Part shown: positions 1 through 8,671 of the stretch, in pieces | Layout of the letters: each line of letters begins with the position of its first letter | How positions within the stretch are numbered: the first letter of the stretch is position 1 | From: Naegleria gruberi | Taxonomy: Eukaryota | NCBI GenBank assembly: GCA_000004985.1 | Contig: GG738853.1 | Strand: one strand, 5' to 3' | DNA length: 64,000 bases | Made by a program: the position numbers and the translations under genes | Notes under the pieces: generated by a model | What the model was told of the DNA's origin: nothing | The model's input: only the letters and a program-made list of their open reading frames with translations | The model's database searches: none

Positions 1-113
1 GTTTAGATTCAATTCGAACAGTTTTTTGCATTCCAATAGAAGATGTTACTAGGAGGATGAGGAAAAGAGGAAGAACCTGAATATTAGTAATCAATTAGTC
101 TTCACAAAGTAAT

Positions 114-2024
114 TTAATTCTTTGCCACGTATGGAGCCTTATCTTTGAGTGTGTCATTAATATACAATTCAATAACGTCCTTTCCTCTCTCACCCTCAAA
201 CTGAACATTCTTTAAGAGAGAGGTCTTTTGAGATTTGGAGATTACATAAGAGTTGTCATTTTCCTTTTCAATGTTGGGAGTGACATCTAATAGTCCAGTG
301 GATGATTTGCTATTTTTCACTTGAAGTTTGAGTGATTTGATAGCTTTTCGTGCCTGGGAATCACATTCGATTTGGATTATTCGCTTAGCATCCACACAAC
401 CATCCTTATGGAGTTTAAATGAATATTTGTGATCTGTTTGTTGTGGAGTTAGTTTCTTATTAATTACAGTTGGAGTTGGAGTGGTTGTGATAAAGTTCGT
501 GATCTTAATTGGCTCTGTTTCATTATTGGGCAAGCTCTTTTCCTTAGTGCTTGGAGTTTTTCTTGGTTTGGATTTGGTGTCACTCATTGACATGGCATCC
601 ACAGTTTTAGGGCAGCTACTGCTGGATAAATAACGTGTTTCTCCATTAATCTCATAGACCTTGCTTTTCTTTGAGTTTGAGATGGACATTCTGGAGAGAC
701 TTTCTTCTAAATCATCGGTCATAAATAATTTAGATTCGTTAGAAGAAATTTTTGGAAGTGGGGTGTTACTTTCCAACGACGATTTGTCAAGTTTGAATTT
801 GGTGAAATATCTCTTTCCATTCAACAACTTCAGTTCTTTCAGACATATTTCTTGTATTTCCCTTGTAGAAGGTCTACAATGGGGTTTTTTGTCCATCATT
901 CTATTCAGAAGATCGGTGAGAGAATCTCTAGGCTTGAACTTGATAAATCCAGGAATTAATTCCCCAAGACACATTGTACTCACTGTTTTTCCAAGAGAAA
1001 AGATGTCAGTCTCATCGCTTGCAACTTCTCCTGATTCCAATAATTCTGGAGGAACATATCCATCGGTACCTGCAGCTCCAGAACTGCAAGAATCCATATT
1101 TCTGGACAATCCAAAATCTGACAAGACCACCTTGATATTCTCATATTCATCAATTTCCTCAATTAGTACATTATCCAATTTAATATCTCTGTGAACAATA
1201 TTGTTGTGGTGTAAATGTTCCAATCCATTTGCTAATTGCCAAATAACTTTCCAAATTTGAGTGAGTGTGAACTCCCTATTCCTCAATGTGCCATGTTTCA
1301 TGAATGGATATACCAACAACACTAAACCTCCTCCAGGATACATAAAAGCTTCTTTCAATTCCAACAGATGAGGATGACAAAACCTTTTCAGGGCCTCCTT
1401 CCAACCACTATTGTTTTTATCGTCAACAATCTTGAGAACCCTATCTTGACTAATTCTATACACAAATCCAAAACCACCTTTTCCAATTTTTCTAAAATTA
1501 CCAACTGGCATTTGAAGAGTTGGAATTCCCATTCTACGTATTACTGTATGAATACACCAAGCATGAAGATAATGAAAATCCTTCAAAGGTACATGAATAA
1601 CACCTTCCATGGCAACTCCATCAAGAATAGTTGGCTCAATATACTTGAACATGTCAGTTGGAAAAATAGGATATTGGCTTCCTTCTTTCAATTCATCAAA
1701 CTTCACAATACATTGGCACGACATGTTATAATATTGATCATGATGATGAAGTGATATCTGTGTCGAGGCATGTGGTGATGCAAATAAATAAACCGGTTGT
1801 GATCCTTGTGTAGGAAGCATTCCATAACCTGAATTTGGTAATACTGGTGATGAAGAAAATCCCGTAGGACTATTCAAACCTAAAGAAAAAGTATTATTAT
1901 TATGCGACAATAAATTATCAACAAAAAATTGATTTAAAGTCATGGGTTGTTGCTGTTGTGGTTGCAATTGTTGCTGGTTATTATTACTAATGAAAAAGGG
2001 AATGCCTTGCTGACGATTTGCCAT
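114..2024 (-). CDS. Ser/Thr protein kinase with Q/N-rich N-terminal region and S/K-rich C-terminal tail
   Basis: Long minus-strand ORF (track 114..2066). The first in-frame ATG is at 2024-2022 because the track 'M' at 2066 is a TTG. Kinase motifs are GKGGFGFV (Gly loop), HRDIKLDNVLI (catalytic loop), DFGLS (DFG) and GTDGYVPPE (activation segment). A poly-Q/N run lies near the N-terminus. No intron is needed. Confidence 0.8.
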   Translation of the reverse strand: MANRQQGIPFFISNNNQQQLQPQQQQPMTLNQFFVDNLLSHNNNTFSLGLNSPTGFSSSPVLPNSGYGMLPTQGSQPVYLFASPHASTQISLHHHDQYYNMSCQCIVKFDELKEGSQYPIFPTDMFKYIEPTILDGVAMEGVIHVPLKDFHYLHAWCIHTVIRRMGIPTLQMPVGNFRKIGKGGFGFVYRISQDRVLKIVDDKNNSGWKEALKRFCHPHLLELKEAFMYPGGGLVLLVYPFMKHGTLRNREFTLTQIWKVIWQLANGLEHLHHNNIVHRDIKLDNVLIEEIDEYENIKVVLSDFGLSRNMDSCSSGAAGTDGYVPPELLESGEVASDETDIFSLGKTVSTMCLGELIPGFIKFKPRDSLTDLLNRMMDKKPHCRPSTREIQEICLKELKLLNGKRYFTKFKLDKSSLESNTPLPKISSNESKLFMTDDLEESLSRMSISNSKKSKVYEINGETRYLSSSSCPKTVDAMSMSDTKSKPRKTPSTKEKSLPNNETEPIKITNFITTTPTPTVINKKLTPQQTDHKYSFKLHKDGCVDAKRIIQIECDSQARKAIKSLKLQVKNSKSSTGLLDVTPNIEKENDNSYVISKSQKTSLLKNVQFEGERGKDVIELYINDTLKDKAPYVAKN

Positions 2025-2121
2025 TTTTTTTTTGGTGTTTGGAAATGCAAATTCCGATCCCGCCAAAAATTCTAGGAATTCAACCGCCTCTTGTGCATGT
2101 AAGGAAATGGGATATTTATTA

Positions 2122-3775
2122 CTATTCCTTCTTCTTTCTTCTGACGTATTTTTTTATGAATCTTCCCATGTAGTCTAAGTGTTCAATGTAAATGTCACCC
2201 ATTTTGTTGTTTTCAATTGAATTGTTGGTGAGCTTGACGAGAAGATCATCTTGTGAGAAACCACGAGCTGGATAATTGGCAAATAAGATGCCAAATTCTG
2301 AGGCATTGGAAATGGAACAGGAAACTATCTTTTTCACTCTTCCTTCATTTTGAACTCGAATATTGTCAGATATATTTTGATTAAAATTGCAATGACTGAT
2401 GAGAGTTGACAGAGATCGATCACATATACATAATCCACTCAGTCCACATCCTAATATATCAACCTCTTTGAGTTTGTGGAGGGAAGATTCACCACTCACT
2501 CTAATACCATCGAGTTTACAACTAACAATACGAGATCTAGTGACTGTACACTGAGATCTGTCCATTAACCATATTCCCATATCTCTACATTGTGAAATTA
2601 TGGATTCCATCATGATGAGAATACTCTTATTCATCAAAATTATTCCAGATCCATATTCTGAAGAAGATATTGTTACTCCTTTCAAAGTCAACCCACCATT
2701 ATCTAATTCCAAACAACTCACAACAGGTTTTTCCTCCTCTGATGCATACTTGTAGGTATGTGTTCGCACCCTGAATGTAATATTTGAAATGACACCTCCA
2801 TTAGCTTTGTAAACTAAACAACTTTCATTTTCGTCTGCATTCTCAATGACAATATTATTGGTTGAACCCATTATTTTGGTCTTTATCCTCTCCTCCTCAA
2901 TTTTCTTCTTCATCTCAGATCCAACTGCAACTGCATTTGTATTTTTCACACGACGAGATGATGCTGTCTTTCTCAATTCAGATTCACTCATTCTTGTAAC
3001 ATCATTGGCATTGGTCATTGCGTTACTGTCCATAGATGCTGTCTTTCTCAAATCCTTTTGAGCATTGACAGAAACTGCCTCCTCTTCTCCATCATGACCC
3101 TCCTCATTGTACTGTTTTGAAAGAATTTGCTTCATGGCTTCGGTTTTTTGTTTAATTTCCAACTCTGACATGTATCCAACAAGTTGAATTGGTTTTTCAA
3201 TCCACAAATTTTCTCTATAAATTCCAGGATAAATCAAAATCTTTTCTCCTCCTCTTGCAGCATCAATGGCCGTTTGAATGCTTCCAAATATTTGACAATT
3301 TCTGTGTTGTTTTTCCAAAGGTGTTGGATCTTGAGCAGATTTTACTACCAGATGATATCCAGATTGTTCAATCAGTGCAATTAACTAAATATATTTAACA
3401 ACATTATTTTAAATATTATTCAATATTAAATGGAGATGAATTAACACATACCCATTCATTGGCATCTTGTTCCGAATTGGCTGCCAAATAATAAGTTCTC
3501 GTCTTGGTAACAATTTTTAAAGTGTGTCTCATTGAATTTGTCACTTCATTCGGATCACATCTCAAAATTGGACAACCCAAAATATTGATGGCTCCTGTGT
3601 AGTGTTTATCATCAATTGTTTTATAATACAACAGATTGGTTTTCAGTAGGATGAATATACGTGATTTCCAGTTTTTTACTTTTTCTCCGAGTTTGTTGAG
3701 TGAGCCAACTTTTAGTCCTTGTTTGAGAGCAAGTTGTGCTGGGAGACGAAAGTTACTGGCCGAGCGTGATGACAT
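2122..3775 (-). CDS. PH-domain protein fused to right-handed parallel beta-helix (PbH1-like) repeats, two exons: 3775..3442 and 3384..2122
   Basis: Exon 1 starts at ATG 3775-3773 (MSSRSASNFRL...) and encodes a pleckstrin-homology-like fold (...KSRIFILLKTNLLYYK...HTLKIVTKTRTYYLAANSEQDANEW). The GTATGT donor follows the AATGAATGG (N-E-W) codons. The acceptor is ...ATTTAG, so the apparent stop TAG in the downstream ORF is the 3' splice site. Exon 2 continues in phase 0 (LIALIEQSGYHLVVKSAQDPTPLEKQHRNCQIFGSIQTAIDAARGGEKILIYPG...) into a repetitive beta-helix-like body with NNSIENN-type repeats. The ORF-track start of the 2122..3318 ORF is a TTG. An extra upstream exon is possible. Confidence 0.65.
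3385..3441 (-). other. spliceosomal intron (57 nt, GTATGT...TAG) of the PH/beta-helix gene
   Basis: On the minus strand the sequence reads GTATGTGTTAATTCATC...AAATATATTTAG. Both exons stay in frame (phase 0). The intron is AT-rich and contains in-frame stops if read through. Confidence 0.6.
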
Positions 3776-3899
3776 TTTTTTGATGTGACTTTTGATTTTT
3801 ATTGGTTTGATAGTGTTGCACAAGATGATGAATGTCCACAATTGTTCTTATTAAATCCTACTGCCGTTGTTTGTGTTCTATTGTTATTGAAATGATTTT

Positions 3900-4334
3900 T
3901 CACACGCAATTCGGCTTTGTAACTTTTGCAATCTTGTAAGAAATTAATGGCAACTGTTGTGGCCACCATTGAAACGTCATTGCTGGTGGCCAACAATGAG
4001 GTGATCCATTGTGATAATATCCTCCCCAATTCTGAGCTGGCCACACTGGAACTGTTGCCACACTAGGAATTGGTTCCAAATAAATGATTATTGGTTCCTT
4101 TTCCTCCCTTGAGGTGTCATATTCGTCAAATTCCTCTTCCTCATCTTCTTCTGGATTGTAGCTACTCATAGAATCAATACTGCATAAATCATCATCACAT
4201 GATTCCTCTCCGAAGTGCATCACTTCTTGATTGTCCTCTTCTTCTTCACTGCTTTGATAATCATAAATATCACATGAACTCTTAATAGACATTTTGTTTG
4301 TATATTTGAATTGTCTCGAGACCATCCTTGCCAT
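3900..4334 (-). CDS. small acidic hypothetical protein (E/D-rich, Trp/Pro-rich C-terminus)
   Basis: ORF with ATG at 4334-4332. It contains an SSEEEEDNQE...EEDEEEEFDEYD acidic block. I recognise no domain. It could instead be an exon of a larger gene. Confidence 0.3.
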   Translation of the reverse strand: MARMVSRQFKYTNKMSIKSSCDIYDYQSSEEEEDNQEVMHFGEESCDDDLCSIDSMSSYNPEEDEEEEFDEYDTSREEKEPIIIYLEPIPSVATVPVWPAQNWGGYYHNGSPHCWPPAMTFQWWPQQLPLISYKIAKVTKPNCV

Positions 4335-4692
4335 CAATTAATTTAATAGATTTTGAAACATCCATCACCACAAGGAAATTACCAAGTTCCTTCATCGGAT
4401 CACTTAATAAAATTAAGATCCCATTTTTTTGATGTGATGATGATTGGATAGGTGAACCTTACTAGAGAACATCATCATCTGATTAATTCATCATCAGACA
4501 GAACAACCTCAGGAAGAGAATAACATCATCAATAAGTAAACGTGAAGCTAAAAACGTGAATTGTTTTTTTGTAAAAAAAGCAATAAATCACGGTTGTTCT
4601 TGTTTTGGAAAATCACGAATGAGTTTACAATAAAAAGACAAGAACGCAAAAATTCAAACAAATAACAATAAGTAAAAAAAGGAACAACACAA

Positions 4693-5259
4693 ATGATTGT
4701 CAGCAATTGCTCATTTCTAGGCGAACAACAAGATTTCACAACATCGATATATGAATACACAGAAAATGATTTCTTCAATTTGGACAACTTTGAATTTCCT
4801 TCTTTTGCAGCAGTTTCCAATAATGCAAATTCGAATCTTTCTAATAAATCAACTCAAGAAGAGTTAGATCCGCAAGAGCTATTTAATGATGACATTTGGA
4901 ATGAGGAAGCGTTGCAATACGAAACTCAATTTATTATGCAACCTTTCTTTCCTCTTAAATACGAAAATTATTATGGATACAATATCTGTATTAATAATGC
5001 TGAAGAATTGGATTTGATTAATTCCCAAAGATTTTTTCCTAATTTCAGAATTAATTGTTCGAGCAATATTTCAGATAAAACAAGAAGAAAACTAATTAAA
5101 AAAACCGATAGAATGAGAGATGAATTGAGACGAAACAAAGTTATTTCTCTTAAAGATATAGAATCACAAATTGTAAATATTAAATATGGTGCATCCAGCA
5201 AGAAAGAAGAAACCTCTAAATCCAATAAGAGAGGACGTCCAGGAAAATCCAATAAATAA
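4693..5259 (+). CDS. hypothetical protein with basic C-terminal tail (AT-hook-like KRGRPGK)
   Basis: ATG at 4693 and a 188-aa ORF. The C-terminus SKSNKRGRPGKSNK resembles an AT-hook (RGRP core). The upstream leader is A/C-rich. Confidence 0.4.
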   Translation: MIVSNCSFLGEQQDFTTSIYEYTENDFFNLDNFEFPSFAAVSNNANSNLSNKSTQEELDPQELFNDDIWNEEALQYETQFIMQPFFPLKYENYYGYNICINNAEELDLINSQRFFPNFRINCSSNISDKTRRKLIKKTDRMRDELRRNKVISLKDIESQIVNIKYGASSKKEETSKSNKRGRPGKSNK

Positions 5260-6251
5260 TTAACTATTTATTGGTGTTTAACATGACATTGAGATGCTAT
5301 TAGAAGGTATTAAAAAGTTTACCTCATGAAAATTACTTCTTTAAAGTATAGAGTTCTAATGTAAAGCAGGCTAATTATTTCAAGAACAATCAAGTTTACA
5401 AATTGTAGAAAATTGGAATAATTTCAAACTTGGGCCTTTATTTAACTTTTGTAGATGATTGTTCTTCCATTCTATTAAGAAAAATTAGAAAGAAATGGAA
5501 TGGTAAAAAGAAAAAGTACTCTTCCATGCAAAGTAATAAAGATAAAAAGAATCCACAGACAGAGATTGGCTCAAAAGGCCAAAGGATCTTTGAGCTTTAA
5601 AATATAATCAGCCTTTCTACCTTTTAGACATTGTTTTACTTGTTTAACATGAGAACAAAAATAAAACAATGTTTCAAATGTCAATTCAAAAAATAGTTGG
5701 ACAGAGGAGATCTCAGACTTGGCCTTTTACATGTTTTTAAGGTTGTAACCTATTAATTAAGTGAGCGATATCAGTGTCCATGTATGACCCCTTTGCCGAC
5801 TAGAACCAAATCATTCCAATAATTTGCAACATAAACTAATCTCAAATCCTCAGAAATATATAATCTCTACAGATGATTTGTTGAGTTTTTTAATACTGCA
5901 ACTCTTGATGTCTTGCAAATAGATATTCGAAATGACAACAAGAGACAACTAGCTGAATAAATCCATAATTATCTTTGAATAAGTTTTTGGTCTGAATAAA
6001 CCTATATTTGTATATGCTGAATCCGCATCCAAGATTATGACATTACTTGACAATGAGGAGATGATTCCAATAATCACTTTCGTATATCTAAAATACCACT
6101 GGCAACTATCATAAAAAAATCAACCAACCAACACCATCCCCATCCAACTAACTTTCCTCTAAAACACCCTCATTCCATTCACTTTTTCAACCCAATAATA
6201 ATAATTCATCCTCTCTAACATACTCCACTTTTTAACTTTCTGAAAATAACA

Positions 6252-8519
6252 ATGTTTTTATCCCGCTCTCCTTATTCTCCCTCAATTCATCGCTTGCAAA
6301 AAAAAATGTCTTTCGGAATGAACGCTTCACACCGCCGCAAATTGGGAGACGACAATGATGATGATCACACTTATTACGGCAGGGTTGAACAACAACAAAT
6401 AACAACACCACCAAAGAATAAGGCAGTCTCTGGATTTGAGTTCTCAGAGTTTAGACAGCAGAGATTGCAGAGCTTGGCTGGTTTGGATGTTGAATCGTCT
6501 CCATCATCAAATGATGAATTTGCCAATAAGGCAAGAGAGAGAGTATCTTTTAGTATTCCGAGAATGGATTTTTCAATGATGGGAGGTGACTATCAATCTT
6601 CATCATTTGGTTCACCTCCACTTTCATCGGAGAGGACAGATTCTGTCAGATCAAATTTTGGTAAAGTATTTGATGAAGATATGTTGCAATTATTGAATCC
6701 AATTGCTTCTCGGGTTCATTCCTTTGAAAATAGAAGCAGTAGGAGGAGAAGTATTAGTAATAGTTCGAAAAACAGTCCTGAGGTTATTTCAGGCATTGTA
6801 GATTGTCAAAAACTTGTACAGAATGAGACTGGGTTATCATCTTTCCTTTGGAAACAAAGTAAGGAATATTTGTATGTTTTGATACCAATGGGAGGAGATA
6901 AGGGTTTCTATAAACAGGATGAAAATATTGAACTTGATGTTCAAATCAAATCAAAGAGAATTTATGCAGCCTTCAATGAGAAGGGTTCGGATATTCCACA
7001 CGAAAAGCTTGTCGATTCAGAGTTGAGCATTGAGGTTCAAGTTGATGAATCAGGTTGGTGTATTAGAAATTCTCATTTACTGTTAGAGTTGAAAAAAAGA
7101 GATTCATCTGATGATGTTCAATTCCCTTTGCAATCGAGATTAAGAGTTAGAGAACTAGAGGAGGAAGCTGAAAATTCTTGTAAATATGTAGTAATGCCAT
7201 CAGATGCTCCACTCCACAAGGAAATGTATCAGAGTTGGTTCAGTTGTATTGAGGATGATATTGCCAATTATTACTCCAAGTTCGAAGCTATGAAGAAAGA
7301 TATGGGCATTGGAGAGATTTCAGATGAAGACATGGATGATGCTGAAGAATTGCACGATGAAGCCCTGGAACATCCAGACTTGGATGAAGCATTCAAAATT
7401 TATAAGGAAGCTGCTGATTTGGGTCACTCTCAATCAAGATTTGCCTTTGCCAATTTGTGTTTGATAGAGGAAGACAATCCATTCAAAATCAAAAGATCAG
7501 AAGCCATGGCTCTCAAATATCTAGAGATGGCATCTCTTCAAAATGGGTATGGAAAGGCAAGTTTCAAAGCTGCAATGATGTATTCAAAAGGAACTGGAGT
7601 TGAAAAGAGTTACGAAATGGCCAAGATGTATTTCATGGCTGCTACTATCCAAGAAGGTGAGCCAAAAGCAATGTTACAATTGGGAGCACTCTATGAAGAA
7701 ATAGCCAACCAGAAATCAGATGAATCAATCAAGCAAGAAAAGTTACAAAAGGCTATGGCTTGGTATAGGTTGGCCATCAACAGAGGTTTCTCAAATGCTT
7801 GCTACAGTGCCTCTCTTCTCATGCATAAAAAGAAGGATAAGAGTAAGAACTTTGAGTCATCAATGGCTTTTTTCAACTTGGGAAGAGCCTTTTCTTCGAA
7901 ACTTGATGATAATGCCTACTTGACGACAAAGGAAAAGTTAGAACCAATTGAAGATTCTGATGAATTAATTATTCCTCATTGGTCTCCAAGAAAGAGTACT
8001 GTCAAGCCAAGAAGTTCTATAAACTCTGCCAGAAACTCAATAAGTAGTGGTAGAAGAAGGACTATCGACCCTGTAGATACAATTGGTTTCAAACCATTAG
8101 AAAAGTTTAGTCTCCCAAATGAAACTCAGCTCTTGAAGAAACAAATTGAAAAGCTCCAATCTGAAAAGTTTGCACTCGAAGAAACTGTTGAAAGATTAAA
8201 ACTTGAACATGATAGACAAGTGCTCAACATGACCACAGATATTAACAACCTGAAATCAGAGTTGCAAAAGTACAAGTTTGAAGAAAAATCTAGAATTGAA
8301 GAAATGTCAAATGTTACCAAACTGAGAGAAACATTGACACAATTCCAAGAACAAGAATTAAGACTTGCCATTCACCATGCCCTCTTGAGTTTGAAATTAA
8401 GAGCAAACACCAACTTGGAATTGCCACCATTGGTTGAAAAGGCTGTAGATGAAAAGATTCCTATGGACAAGTTAGGTAGTTGGTTTCAAAGTCAGTGCGA
8501 AAATTATGAAGGAGGTTGA
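6252..8519 (+). CDS. Sel1-like (TPR-like) repeat protein with C-terminal coiled coil
   Basis: ATG at 6252 and a 755-aa ORF. Tandem Sel1-type repeats lie in the middle (...YKEAADLGHSQSRFAFANLCL..., ...LEMASLQNGYGKASFKAAMMYSKGTGVEKSYEMAKMYFMAATIQEGEPKAMLQLGALYEE...). A heptad-rich C-terminus follows (LKKQIEKLQSEKFALEETVERLKLEHDRQ...). A 125-nt G-free leader lies upstream. Confidence 0.7.
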   Translation: MFLSRSPYSPSIHRLQKKMSFGMNASHRRKLGDDNDDDHTYYGRVEQQQITTPPKNKAVSGFEFSEFRQQRLQSLAGLDVESSPSSNDEFANKARERVSFSIPRMDFSMMGGDYQSSSFGSPPLSSERTDSVRSNFGKVFDEDMLQLLNPIASRVHSFENRSSRRRSISNSSKNSPEVISGIVDCQKLVQNETGLSSFLWKQSKEYLYVLIPMGGDKGFYKQDENIELDVQIKSKRIYAAFNEKGSDIPHEKLVDSELSIEVQVDESGWCIRNSHLLLELKKRDSSDDVQFPLQSRLRVRELEEEAENSCKYVVMPSDAPLHKEMYQSWFSCIEDDIANYYSKFEAMKKDMGIGEISDEDMDDAEELHDEALEHPDLDEAFKIYKEAADLGHSQSRFAFANLCLIEEDNPFKIKRSEAMALKYLEMASLQNGYGKASFKAAMMYSKGTGVEKSYEMAKMYFMAATIQEGEPKAMLQLGALYEEIANQKSDESIKQEKLQKAMAWYRLAINRGFSNACYSASLLMHKKKDKSKNFESSMAFFNLGRAFSSKLDDNAYLTTKEKLEPIEDSDELIIPHWSPRKSTVKPRSSINSARNSISSGRRRTIDPVDTIGFKPLEKFSLPNETQLLKKQIEKLQSEKFALEETVERLKLEHDRQVLNMTTDINNLKSELQKYKFEEKSRIEEMSNVTKLRETLTQFQEQELRLAIHHALLSLKLRANTNLELPPLVEKAVDEKIPMDKLGSWFQSQCENYEGG

Positions 8520-8671
8520 TCGTTCTCCTACTATAATATTCACTTCTCTATCTAAATTATCAATATTTACGGGAGCTGTGATGATGAAGGAAGTTGTAAA
8601 TGAAACCAATCGAATATTCTTTGACTCGAAAAAACAATGAAAATTTCTCTAAGTAAACCCAAACAAAAGAT

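Noticed and set aside
661-1194. Numerous 60-190-aa ORFs on the opposite strand or alternative frames of large genes. Examples are 661..1194, 980..1162, 8560..9144, 9382..9630, 17347..17784 and the many small ORFs inside 42538..55479.
   Set aside because: They are fully nested inside long ORFs with clear domain content. They are low-complexity, or mirror the N/Q/H codon repeats of the real gene. They are expected by chance in AT-rich DNA.
2064-2066. ORF-track start codons shown as 'M' at 2066, 3318, 4337, 19127, 23524, 55645 and elsewhere.
   Set aside because: Inspection shows these are TTG or GTG codons. I used the first in-frame ATG (2024, 3775 after splicing, 4334, 19097, 23596, 55735) as the start instead.
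5715-5745. GCCTTTTAC, which matches the invariant loop I of U5 snRNA, in the 1-kb ORF-free spacer at 5.26-6.25 kb.
   Set aside because: Only a weak 5-bp stem with G-U pairs can be drawn around it. The following sequence is ATG, not the conserved TAAAG. There is no proper Sm site (A-U4-6-G) or 3' hairpin. It is probably a chance match.
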